Assembly: GCA_040389905.1 (NCBI GenBank)
Contig: JAZJZK010000027.1
Coordinates: forward strand, 32,001 to 96,000
Direction: 5' to 3'
Length of the DNA: 64,000 bases
Origin: Gemmatimonadota bacterium
GTDB taxonomy: Bacteria > Gemmatimonadota > Gemmatimonadetes > Gemmatimonadales > Gemmatimonadaceae
Part shown: positions 38,841 through 47,978 of the stretch, piece after piece
Position numbering within the stretch: the first letter of the stretch is position 1
How the letters are laid out: each line of letters starts with the position of its first letter
Notes under the pieces: model-generated
Database searches by the model: none
Seen by the model: only the letters and a program-made list of their open reading frames with translations
What the model was told of the DNA's origin: nothing
Position numbers and translations under genes: made by a program

Positions 38841-39548
38841 ATGCATCCTGACGTTCAGTCGCTGCTCGCCGTACAGGTCGATGATGTGCACGTGTATGCG
38901 CTCGAAGATCGCCTTGCGACGCTCGCTCCGAGGCTTGCGGCACTCGAGAGGGAACGCAACTCGGTGGCGTCGCAGCTCGAGAAGGCCAACGCCGGCGTCG
39001 CCGCGGAGGAATCCAGGCATCGTGAAGCAAACCTTCGCGTGGAGGCCAACCGAAAGCTGGTCGAGCGGAGCCAACGTGCCTACGAGAGTGTGACGACGCC
39101 GAAGGAGGCGAACGCCGCGTCCACACAGCTCGAGCAGACGAAGCGGATGGTGGACGACAGCGAGCGCGAGGCCGCGCAGGTACAGGGGCGGATCAATGAA
39201 CTGCGCCACGTCGTGGCCGATCTCGAGGTAGCCCTCGCGGACGTCGAGGAGCGACAGACCGCCGCACGCTCGGCGCTGGCAGACGAGCGCAAGGCAATCG
39301 AAGCGGAGATCGTGGCCGCGCACGCAAAGCGCGAGGTCACGGCGCGTGCCGTGCCGCGAGCGATGCTGACGAAGTATGATCGGGTTCGGCAGCGAAAGCG
39401 GAGCGAGTCTGTCTTTCCGCTGCGCGGCATGTCGTGCAGCGCGTGCGATACGGCGATCCCCACGCAGCGCCGCTCCGCGATGATCTCCCTGGGTGCCATC
39501 GAGATGTGCGAAGGCTGTGGCGTATTGCTCTATGCTGCGGGGGAATGA
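38841..39548 (+). CDS. Coiled-coil C4 zinc-ribbon protein (DUF164/CT398-like)
   Basis: Long coiled coil followed by 'CSAC...CEGCG.LLY'. Confidence 0.85.
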   Translation: MHPDVQSLLAVQVDDVHVYALEDRLATLAPRLAALERERNSVASQLEKANAGVAAEESRHREANLRVEANRKLVERSQRAYESVTTPKEANAASTQLEQTKRMVDDSEREAAQVQGRINELRHVVADLEVALADVEERQTAARSALADERKAIEAEIVAAHAKREVTARAVPRAMLTKYDRVRQRKRSESVFPLRGMSCSACDTAIPTQRRSAMISLGAIEMCEGCGVLLYAAGE

Positions 39549-39596
39549 TTACGGTTGACAGTTGAGCGGGCATTTCGCGATGTCTAGCTTCAGCGT

Positions 39597-41315
39597 ATGA
39601 CCGCGGCGCCACCAGTCTCTCGTCCACCCGCGCGGTGGATTCTTCCCGTTGCGCCTGACCCTGCAGAGGTTCGGGCGCTCTGCGAGGAGCTCAAGTTGCC
39701 GGAGCCACTCTGTCGGCTGTTGGCGGCCCGCGGTCACTCGCCCGCCGAGACGGCCAAGCGCTATCTGCGACCGCGGCTCGAACAGCTACTGCCCCCCGAG
39801 CAAATGCTCGACCTCGGTCGCGCCGTGGAGCGGTTGGTTTCGGCAATCAAGGCTGGAGAGACCATTCTCGTGCACGGCGACTACGACGTGGACGGGATGT
39901 GTTCGACCACGCTCCTGACGCGCGCATTACGGCTCCTCGGCGGCACGGTGGTGCCGTTCATCCCGCAGCGGCTCGTCGACGGCTACGACCTCGGCGATGC
40001 GGGCGTGAAGGCCGCGATCGCCGCGGGTGCGACCGTTGTCGTCACCTGTGATTGTGGCACCAGCGCGGTGGCACCCGTTGCTGCGCTTCAAGCGGCGGGC
40101 ATCGACGTCATCATCTCCGATCATCACCTTCCCGGCGGCGACCTCCCGAACGCCTTTGCGGTGTTGAATCCAAAGCGGCCGGGCTGCGAATCCGAAGACA
40201 AGGACCTCGCTGCCGTTGGCGTCGCGTTCAAGATCGCACTGGCAGTCACGCGCGCCATGGGAGGCAATGAGAACGCGATCTTTGGCATGCTCGATCTGGT
40301 CGCGCTCGCGACAATCGCCGACATTGCGCCGCTCCGCGGCGAGAATCGCGTCTTCGCGCGGTACGGTCTCAAGATGCTTGCCGATACGAGGAACATCGGC
40401 CTGCGGGCGTTGCTGCGCTCTTCGGGGCTGGATGGCAAGCCGCTCACCGCCGGCCGCATCGGATTCATTCTGGCACCACGTCTCAATGCCGTCGGGCGAC
40501 TCGACCGCGCGATGCGCGGCGTCGAGTTGCTGATGAGCTCCACCGAGCACGAGGCGAACGCCATCGCGCGCGATCTCGAGGAGCTCAACGCCAAACGGCA
40601 GGACATTGACAAGGCCGTGCTGCGCGACGCACGCAAGCGCGTCCTCGAGCTCGATCTCGACGAGACGTTCGGCATCGTGCTCGCGGATCAGAGCTGGCAC
40701 CCAGGGGTCATCGGAATCGTCGCATCGCGCGTCGTCGAGGAGTTCGGCCGTCCGACGATCCTCATCGGAGAAGACGGCAAGGGCTCCGGCCGGTCAATCT
40801 CTCGTTTCGATCTGCACGCTGGTATCGCGCGCTGTCGTCATCTCCTCGAGCGCTTCGGAGGCCATCGCAGCGCCGCGGGAGTGACGATCACGGCGGCCAA
40901 CGTCGAGGAGTTCCAACGCGCGTTCAACGACAGTGTGCGTTCGGAACTCGCGCTCGAGGACCTCATCCCGGAATTGCGGGTCGATCTCGAGGTCGACATC
41001 GGTGAGATCGACGCCGACTTCGAAAAGCTCCTTCACCACCTCGAGCCGTGCGGCATGGGAAATCCCGCTCCAATGCTCGTCACGCGCGGTGTTCGCCTCG
41101 CGTCGCCGCCGCGCATCGTGGGTGAGACGGGTCTCAAGCTGCTCATCGCCACAGCGTCGGGAGAACCGCTCGAGGCCATTGGTTGGTCACTTGGCTCCCG
41201 GATCGGTGAACTCACGGGCACGAGCGTGATCGACATTGCGTACCGGCTCGAACGCGATGAATTCCGCGGGAAGTCGCGGCTTCAGGCGCGCTTGTCGGAT
41301 TTCCGCGTCGTCTGA
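39597..41315 (+). CDS. recJ: ssDNA exonuclease RecJ
   Basis: 'HGDYDVDG', 'DCG', 'SDHH', 'PRLNAVGR', 'GSGRS', 'GGH..AAG'. Confidence 0.96.
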   Translation: MTAAPPVSRPPARWILPVAPDPAEVRALCEELKLPEPLCRLLAARGHSPAETAKRYLRPRLEQLLPPEQMLDLGRAVERLVSAIKAGETILVHGDYDVDGMCSTTLLTRALRLLGGTVVPFIPQRLVDGYDLGDAGVKAAIAAGATVVVTCDCGTSAVAPVAALQAAGIDVIISDHHLPGGDLPNAFAVLNPKRPGCESEDKDLAAVGVAFKIALAVTRAMGGNENAIFGMLDLVALATIADIAPLRGENRVFARYGLKMLADTRNIGLRALLRSSGLDGKPLTAGRIGFILAPRLNAVGRLDRAMRGVELLMSSTEHEANAIARDLEELNAKRQDIDKAVLRDARKRVLELDLDETFGIVLADQSWHPGVIGIVASRVVEEFGRPTILIGEDGKGSGRSISRFDLHAGIARCRHLLERFGGHRSAAGVTITAANVEEFQRAFNDSVRSELALEDLIPELRVDLEVDIGEIDADFEKLLHHLEPCGMGNPAPMLVTRGVRLASPPRIVGETGLKLLIATASGEPLEAIGWSLGSRIGELTGTSVIDIAYRLERDEFRGKSRLQARLSDFRVV

Positions 41316-41318
41316 ACG

Positions 41319-41840
41319 ATGCGCATCGTTGCTGGGCAGTGGCGCGGCCGACGGCTCGTTGTCCCGAAGGGCGACGTCGTGCGCCCGACCGCAGACCGGG
41401 TCCGCGAGGCGTGGATGAGCATTGTGAATCCCTGGCTCGCGGACGCGAAGGTGCTCGACCTCTTCGCCGGCTCCGGCGCCCTCGGGATCGAAGCGCTCTC
41501 CCGCGGCGCGGCGAGCGCCGACTTTGTCGAAACAGCGGCGCCGAGCCTCGCGTCGATCGCGCAGAACCTGGAGACGGTGGGTGCTGGAGATGCCGCGCAT
41601 GTGCATCGTCTCGACGCGCTCACGTTCATCGCCGCGCTGCCAGCGCATGCGTATGACGTCGCGTTTGCAGATCCACCGTACGACAAGGGACTCGCCGCGA
41701 AAGTCGCCGAGCGCTGGCTCGCCGAGCCGTTCGCCGACATCCTCGGCGTCGAGCATCGTACCTTCGAGCCTATGCCCGGAGGTGGCGAGAAGCGGAAGTA
41801 CGGTGGTACGGCCATTTCGTTCTATCGGTTCGAGGGATAG
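41319..41840 (+). CDS. rsmD: 16S rRNA m2G966 methyltransferase
   Basis: 'MRIVAG', 'RPT.DRVRE', 'LDLFAGSG', 'DPPY'. Confidence 0.94.
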   Translation: MRIVAGQWRGRRLVVPKGDVVRPTADRVREAWMSIVNPWLADAKVLDLFAGSGALGIEALSRGAASADFVETAAPSLASIAQNLETVGAGDAAHVHRLDALTFIAALPAHAYDVAFADPPYDKGLAAKVAERWLAEPFADILGVEHRTFEPMPGGGEKRKYGGTAISFYRFEG

Positions 41841-41855
41841 AACGGCGCAATAGCA

Positions 41856-41955
41856 GGTGCGGGCCCTTCGCTTCACTCAGGGCGACAAAACGAGCGGAAC
41901 CTTACAACAGCACACGCTTGTTTTGTCGCCCTGGTCAACGCGAAGGGCCCGCACC
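41856..41955. repeat. Second copy of the 14708 palindromic family, arms in the opposite order
   Basis: GGTGCGGGCCCTTCGCTTCACTCAGGGCGACAAAACGAGCG ... CGCTTGTTTTGTCGCCCTGGTCAACGCGAAGGGCCCGCACC. Confidence 0.88.
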
Positions 41956-42022
41956 GCCGCTTTCTGCACCTGTTGTTCCGCGTTCCGTTGCGCTTTAGCT
42001 CACACCCATCGATTCTTAGCCC

Positions 42023-42514
42023 GTGCCGAACTCACGCATCGCCATCTACGCGGGCAGCTTCGATCCGATCACGCGGGGACATGAGGACCTCATGCACCGC
42101 AGCCTCGAGTTCGTTGACACGCTTGTCGTCGCCGTCGCGACCAATTCGTCGAAAGCGCCATTGTTCACCATCGAGGAGCGCGTTGAGTTGATTCGCGCCT
42201 CCATTGGCGAGGACGCGCGCATCGAAGTGCGGTCGTTTGGTGGACTGCTCGTCGATTTTGCACGCGATGTCGGTGCATCGCTGCTGATTCGCGGGCTCCG
42301 CGCTGTGAGTGACTTCGAGTACGAATACCAGATGGCGCTCATGAATCGCCACCTCTCCGAGAAGCTCGAAACGGTCTTCATGGTGCCCTCACTCGACACG
42401 ACGTACATCAGCGCCAGCCTGGTCAGGGAAGTGGCGCGCTACGGCGGCGACGTGAGCGACCTCGTGCACCCGACCGTCGCCACCGCCATGCGCGCCAAGT
42501 TCGCACGATCGTGA
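42023..42514 (+). CDS. coaD: Phosphopantetheine adenylyltransferase
   Basis: 'YAGSFDPITRGH', 'IRGLRAVSDFEYE'. Confidence 0.96.
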   Translation: MPNSRIAIYAGSFDPITRGHEDLMHRSLEFVDTLVVAVATNSSKAPLFTIEERVELIRASIGEDARIEVRSFGGLLVDFARDVGASLLIRGLRAVSDFEYEYQMALMNRHLSEKLETVFMVPSLDTTYISASLVREVARYGGDVSDLVHPTVATAMRAKFARS

Positions 42515-43521
42515 GCTTTCTCGCCTCGCTGCATGCGCGTGCCGCCAGCCAGCCGCGCCGAATCGTATTCGCCGAAGCGTTCGATCCCCGCGTTCGGGAA
42601 GCGGTCCAGGCGCTCCAGTCGCGTGGAATCGTGCACCCGGTGCTCGTCGGTGAGGCGAAGGACGCAGTGCGCGGCGTCGAGCACATCGACGTCGCCGACC
42701 CCACGTTCTCTGCAGACGTTGCTGCTGCAATCTTCCAGGCGCGATCATCAAAGGGCATGACGGAAGCCGAGGCCGCCAAGCAGGCGCGCTCCCCGTTGCT
42801 GGCCGCCAATGCGATGGTTCGACTCGGCCGCGCGGACGGCTGCGTCGCTGGATGTGTCGCCACGACCGCTGATGTGGTACGCGCGGCGCTATGGCTCATT
42901 GGCGTCGCACCGGGCACCAAGACGCTCTCGAGTGCGTTCTATATGGATGTGCCCGCTTTTCGGTCCGCAGATGGTGAGGTGCTCACCTTCACCGACTGCG
43001 CCATCGTGAAGAAACCGAGTGCAGAGCAACTCGCAGATATTGCGCTCGCGGCAGCCGCTGACCGTCGCCGCATCGTCGGGGACGAGCCTCGGGTCGCATT
43101 TCTATCGTTCAGTACGTACGGAAGTGCACGGGGAGAGAGCATTGACAGAATCCGCGCCGCGCTCGCCCTGGTTCGGTCGAAAGTACCCGAGCTCGCCGTG
43201 GACGGAGAATTGCAAGGGGACGCAGCGCTGATAGGGGCTGTTTCGGCGCGCAAGTCGCCGGACAGCCCGGTTGGCGGGCGGGCGAACGTGCTGGTCTTTC
43301 CGGATCTCGATTCGGGAAATATTGCGTACAAGCTGGTACAGCGGCTGGCGTCGGCGAGTGCGATCGGGCCCATCCTTCAGGGGATGCGCCATCCATGCAA
43401 CGATCTCTCGCGCGGAGCGAGTGCAGAGGACATCTTCAATGTGGCTGCCGTGACCGCCCTCCAAGCGGGCGATCACGCGGCCACGCTACTGAACGGGTTC
43501 CGTCAGGAGACAGACACATGA
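42511..43521 (+). CDS. pta: Phosphate acetyltransferase (short form)
   Basis: 'FLSFST.GS', 'DGELQGDAA', 'VFPDLDSGNIAYKL', 'NDLSRG'. Confidence 0.9.
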   Translation: MSFLASLHARAASQPRRIVFAEAFDPRVREAVQALQSRGIVHPVLVGEAKDAVRGVEHIDVADPTFSADVAAAIFQARSSKGMTEAEAAKQARSPLLAANAMVRLGRADGCVAGCVATTADVVRAALWLIGVAPGTKTLSSAFYMDVPAFRSADGEVLTFTDCAIVKKPSAEQLADIALAAAADRRRIVGDEPRVAFLSFSTYGSARGESIDRIRAALALVRSKVPELAVDGELQGDAALIGAVSARKSPDSPVGGRANVLVFPDLDSGNIAYKLVQRLASASAIGPILQGMRHPCNDLSRGASAEDIFNVAAVTALQAGDHAATLLNGFRQETDT

Positions 43522-43850
43522 GCTTCTCGATCAAGAAGCAGGGTGAAATCGTCGTGGTAGATGTCGAAGGTCAACTCATCGTCGGAAATCGCCAGGAGCT
43601 CAAGCAGAAGGTGCTGGATGAGCTCGAGCGTGGCGAAAAGAAGTTCCTCATCGATTTTGCGCAGACCGGCTACATCGATAGCTCCGGTCTTGGCGTCCTC
43701 GTATCACTCTCCAAGAAGATTCGTGAACAGGGTGGGGAGCTCCGGCTTGCCAACCTCAACGACGATCTTCGCACGCTCTTCGAGTTGACGAAGCTCGATA
43801 CACTGTTCCAGATCTCGGACACACGCGATCGGGCACTCTCCAGCTTCTGA
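43518..43850 (+). CDS. STAS-domain anti-sigma antagonist (RsbV-like)
   Basis: 'YIDSSGLGVLV' phospho-Ser motif, 'FELTKLD'. Confidence 0.92.
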   Translation: MSFSIKKQGEIVVVDVEGQLIVGNRQELKQKVLDELERGEKKFLIDFAQTGYIDSSGLGVLVSLSKKIREQGGELRLANLNDDLRTLFELTKLDTLFQISDTRDRALSSF

Positions 43851-43946
43851 TGTCGTAGCGTCCCCGGCAACGCGGCCCACCCGTTGGTGGGCCGCGCTGC
43901 GTCGTCTGCGGGCCCGTGCACACGTTTCTCAGTGAGCCACTTTCCT

Positions 43947-44405
43947 ATGGCCGCGTTTCCAACGTCCAGCGTGGGCCTCCGCGTGTCGCTCCACGTCGAA
44001 ATCCCGAGCGACGTCGCGTATATCGAACGGGTGGTCGACCTCGTCCGCCACCCATGCGCGGAACTGCAGTTCAATCCACACCATCTCGCGCTCAACGTGC
44101 CGGTCGCGCTGAGTGAGGCGTTGTCCAACGCGATCCTGCGGGGAAACCAGGAGAGCGCAACCAAGACGGTCAGGATCACGGCGGACGTCGACGTCACCAG
44201 ACTCGTCGTCGAAATCGCCGATCAAGGCGCGCGCTTCGATCTCGATTCGAAAACGCGTGACGCCACCAGCGTCGAGAACCTCGAGCGCGAGGATGGTCGA
44301 GGACTGTTCTTGATGCGAAAGCTGATGGACAACGTCCAGCGCTTCGACGCGCCCGGTGGCGGCGTCGAGGGCAATGTCATTCGGCTTACGCTGAGCCGGC
44401 GTTGA
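43947..44405 (+). CDS. Anti-sigma factor Ser kinase (RsbW-like HATPase)
   Basis: 'EALSNAI', 'DQG..FD', 'GRGLFLM..LMD'. Confidence 0.88.
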   Translation: MAAFPTSSVGLRVSLHVEIPSDVAYIERVVDLVRHPCAELQFNPHHLALNVPVALSEALSNAILRGNQESATKTVRITADVDVTRLVVEIADQGARFDLDSKTRDATSVENLEREDGRGLFLMRKLMDNVQRFDAPGGGVEGNVIRLTLSRR

Positions 44406-45997
44406 GCGAGCTTGGCGACGTCCTCGCCGCGTTCCACGAGGCGACCGCCTGTGATGCTGCCGTGTGGCGCCGGGAGGCCGGCCCGGCGTCGCCGCTCAAG
44501 TTCCTCGCGGGGACACGAAAGGGGTTGCCGCCGGCGGACGCGCTGCTTCCCGAGTCGGGGGCGATCACCGACGAGGTGACCGAGCACGGTCGGCTGCTTA
44601 TCGTGCCGGTCGCGGGCAGTCGTACGTCGTGGATTGTGCTGGGCCCATGCCCGGCGGATCGCGCCGCGCTGGATCGGTACCTCACCTTCCTTCGGCCAGT
44701 CGTCGCGCAATTCCTCCAGAACACGCTCGAGGTCGAGCACGCCGCGAACGAGTTGGCGGAGCGGTATGAAGAGATCAACCTGCTGTACTCCATCAGTGAA
44801 ATCCTCGGACGCACGGTGTCTCTCGAAGAGGGCGCGGCGACGATCCTGCGCGAGGTCAGCGAGACGGTCGGTGCCCATCGCGGCTCGATTCTCCTTCACG
44901 ATCACGACAACCATTCGCTGAAGGTGATCGCTCGCATCGGCGGTGAAGGCATTCCCACGACGCCGATCGCCCTCGACGACGAATGCAGCGTGAGTGCACG
45001 CGTCTTTCGCTCCCTTCAGGCTGTCATTGTGGATGACGGCGAGATGGTCTGCGAGGCGGAGAGCGCGTTCCGGCGTGGCGCCATGCTCACAGTGCCGATC
45101 CTCTGGACGGCGCAGGACGGCAGCCAGCCCCTCGGCGTCGTGAATCTGTCCGATCGCCGGTCGGGGCAGGTGTTCACCGCCGGCGATCAGAAGCTGGTGA
45201 CGGCAATCGCCAGCCAGATCGGCGCCGCAATCCAGAACGCGCAACTCGTTCGCCAATCGCTCGACCAGCAGCGTCTCCAGCAAGAGATGCAGCTTGCGCA
45301 CGATCTGCAGATGAAGCTCCTTCCCGACGCCGCGCACGTCGCGCCGGAGGCCACGGTCGCCGCGCGCGTTGTTCCCGCCGAAGACGTTGGCGGCGACTTC
45401 TACAATCTGTACCGGCTACCGCAGGGGCGGATCGGTGTCATGATCGGCGACGTTTCCGGCCATGGATATCAGGCGGCGCTCATCATGGCGCTCACGATGA
45501 GCGCGTCCGCGATCCATGCCCAGGGCACTGACGATCCCGCCGAAATGCTGCGGCGATTGTACGTGAGCGTGAAGGAAGAGCTCACGACGACGGAGATGTT
45601 CGTCAGCGCCATGTACGCGGTCGTCGATCGCAACGCGGGTGTGCTGCGCTTTGGCAACATGGGTCATCCGCATGCGTTCGTCATCTCGCGCAATGGCGAC
45701 ACCGAGCGACTGAGCGCCGGTGGCCCTCCCCTCGGCATGCTCGACGAGGCGCCCGACTCCGAGTCGAGGCCGTGGGATGTCGACGGTGACGTTCTGCTTC
45801 TTTTCACCGATGGCATCGCAGATGCGCGCAACGGTGAGGGCCGGCGTCTCGACGAAGAGCCCGTCCTCGAGTGCGTGCGAGAGCACCGGCATGAGTCCCC
45901 CGCGCGTATCGCGGAACTCGTCTTCGAACTCCTGGATGCGTACACCGGCGACGTCCCCCGTCGCGACGACCTCACTCTCGTGATTCTCAAGAGTTGA
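44402..45997 (+). CDS. GAF + PP2C (SpoIIE/RsbU-like) phosphatase
   Basis: GAF domain followed by 'VGGDFY', 'GDVSGHG', 'FTDG', 'DDLT'. Confidence 0.9.
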   Translation: MSELGDVLAAFHEATACDAAVWRREAGPASPLKFLAGTRKGLPPADALLPESGAITDEVTEHGRLLIVPVAGSRTSWIVLGPCPADRAALDRYLTFLRPVVAQFLQNTLEVEHAANELAERYEEINLLYSISEILGRTVSLEEGAATILREVSETVGAHRGSILLHDHDNHSLKVIARIGGEGIPTTPIALDDECSVSARVFRSLQAVIVDDGEMVCEAESAFRRGAMLTVPILWTAQDGSQPLGVVNLSDRRSGQVFTAGDQKLVTAIASQIGAAIQNAQLVRQSLDQQRLQQEMQLAHDLQMKLLPDAAHVAPEATVAARVVPAEDVGGDFYNLYRLPQGRIGVMIGDVSGHGYQAALIMALTMSASAIHAQGTDDPAEMLRRLYVSVKEELTTTEMFVSAMYAVVDRNAGVLRFGNMGHPHAFVISRNGDTERLSAGGPPLGMLDEAPDSESRPWDVDGDVLLLFTDGIADARNGEGRRLDEEPVLECVREHRHESPARIAELVFELLDAYTGDVPRRDDLTLVILKS

Positions 45998-46380
45998 TCG
46001 GGCGGTCCGCAGCTACTAAAAAGGCGTTTTTCGGGGGAGAGAAGCAGATTTGACGGATTCCAGGGGACTCTACGGATTGTTCCATCACAAACAGAGAGAG
46101 AATCCGCTGCTGCAGTTCCGCACAATCTGCTTCATTCCCGACGAACGACGCCCCTCTCCGACGCCCTGTGTTCAAGGCCGCCACTATTGCGCGTCCGCGC
46201 AGATCTCGATTCAAGGGTGCTGATCCGGTTTGCTTCCGTGGCATCCGATGCGACAGCTTGAGGAACGGATTGAACGGATGCGCCTGAAACAACCCCGATT
46301 TCAAAGGCCAAGTCTTTGTGCATGGATGTCACAGGTCGTCCGCCGGCCAATTCGCACCATGAAGACGCTACATTCGGAGG

Positions 46381-47214
46381 ATGATTGACGACGTAGCGCG
46401 CGGACGCGGGCGCGCATTCCCGCCGACACGCAAGAGTCTCGGGCAACACTTTCTCACCGACCGCCGCATCCTCGGTCGCATCGCGGATGCGCTGCACCTT
46501 GCGGGCGACGAAACCGTGCTCGAGATCGGGCCCGGTCGTGGCGCGCTCACCGACATTCTCGCCGAGCGCGTGGAGCGCGGACGGTTGGTCGCGATCGAGT
46601 ATGACAGGGCGCTCGCCGAGATGCTCCGGCAACGCTACGCGAAGCGAAGCAATGTGCTCATCGCGGAAGCCGACGTTCTCGAAGTCTCGCTCGGTGAGCT
46701 CGCTGCAGGGCCATACGTCCTCGTCGGCAACGTGCCGTACTACATCACCACGCCGATTCTCTTCCATGCGCTCGTTCCTCCGCGCGCGCAGCGCTCCGTA
46801 TACCTCGTGCAGCGAGAGGTTGCGGACCGGCTTGTGTCGAAGCCGGGCTCGAAGGAGTATGGCGCGCTTACCGTGAATGTCGCTGCGATTGCACGCGCTG
46901 AATTCATGTTCGCCGTGCCGGCGGGCGCCTTCGTTCCGCCACCGAAAGTGGAGAGCGCTGTCGTGCGAATTACGCCGCTCGACGTCGCGCTCGTCGCGCC
47001 GGAGGAAGAGCGCCCATTTCGCCTGCTCGTCCAGGGCGCGTTCGGCATGCGCCGCAAGCAGATGCGACGGGTGTTGCGTTCACTCTATGCTGTGGATGCA
47101 GATGCTGCGGACGCCGTGCTGACGACGGCCGGGATCGATCCTCAGGCGAGGCCCGAGACGCTGTCGCCGGAACAGTTCGCGATCATCCTGCGCGCCTTCG
47201 CCCGACCCTCCTAA
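46381..47214 (+). CDS. rsmA: 16S rRNA dimethyladenosine transferase
   Basis: 'KSLGQHFL', 'EIGPG.G.LT', 'GNVPYYITT', 'F.PPPKV.S'. Confidence 0.95.
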   Translation: MIDDVARGRGRAFPPTRKSLGQHFLTDRRILGRIADALHLAGDETVLEIGPGRGALTDILAERVERGRLVAIEYDRALAEMLRQRYAKRSNVLIAEADVLEVSLGELAAGPYVLVGNVPYYITTPILFHALVPPRAQRSVYLVQREVADRLVSKPGSKEYGALTVNVAAIARAEFMFAVPAGAFVPPPKVESAVVRITPLDVALVAPEEERPFRLLVQGAFGMRRKQMRRVLRSLYAVDADAADAVLTTAGIDPQARPETLSPEQFAIILRAFARPS

Positions 47215-47834
47215 TCTTTGTTGGTCAACGCGAACGTCAGCCCTTCGAGCTCCATCGCCATGTTCACCGTCTTCACCGTCACGTCCGATGGTGCGGTCAG
47301 CTGTGCTGGGGCGAAGTTGAGGACGGCCTTGATGCCGGCCACCGCCACGCGATCCAGCACTTTCTGCGCATCCTCCGTTGGGATGGCGAGCACCGCGATG
47401 TCAGGCGGCTCAGTTCCGACATCCCCCTCGAACCGAGCCATGTCACGGATCTCGATGCCCTCGAGCGTCTTTCCGATCTTCTCTCGGTTGGTATCGTATG
47501 CGGCGACGATGGTGAATCCGCGCTGGCGGAAGCCTCGATACTGGGCCAGCGCCGCGCCGATTTTGCCGGCACCAATGATGACGACGCGCCACTCCCGGCC
47601 GAGCCCCAGTATCTCTCGCAGGGCCGTTCCGAGTTCCGGCACAGAATACCCGAGTCCTCGCTTCCCGAAGGAACCGAAGAACGAGAGATCCTTGCGCACC
47701 TGCGCCGAGGTCGTGCCCCCGCGCCGGGCGAGCTCCTCGCTCGAAACAGTCGCCAATCCACGCCCCTCGAATTCCTCGAGAAAGCGCAGGTAGATGGAAA
47801 GTCGTCTGACGGTGGAATCGGCGATGCGTTTCAA
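47211..47834 (-). CDS. rex: Redox-sensing transcriptional repressor Rex
   Basis: 'RRLS.Y.R', 'QVRKDLS.FG.FG..G.GY', 'GAGKIG', 'LNFAP'; likely TTG start at 47834. Confidence 0.95.
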   Translation of the reverse strand: MKRIADSTVRRLSIYLRFLEEFEGRGLATVSSEELARRGGTTSAQVRKDLSFFGSFGKRGLGYSVPELGTALREILGLGREWRVVIIGAGKIGAALAQYRGFRQRGFTIVAAYDTNREKIGKTLEGIEIRDMARFEGDVGTEPPDIAVLAIPTEDAQKVLDRVAVAGIKAVLNFAPAQLTAPSDVTVKTVNMAMELEGLTFALTNKD

Positions 47835-47848
47835 GGGCGCGACAAGGC

Positions 47849-47866
47849 TTGTGAATGAATTCACAA
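47849..47866. promoter_or_regulatory. Rex operator (ROP box)
   Basis: TTGTGAA-TGAA-TTCACAA is an exact match to the TTGTGAA-N4-TTCACAA consensus. It overlaps a minus-strand TTGGTG-N17-TACCTT promoter (47865-47893). Confidence 0.9.
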
Positions 47867-47978
47867 GGTAGCGGGTTTTTCCATGGACACCAAGGCTGCT
47901 ACCCCCAGAGAGCCAACCCGTTGCAGCGCATAACTATGCAAGTGGACGCGGCCTACACCATCGGGTTATCTTCGGGCG

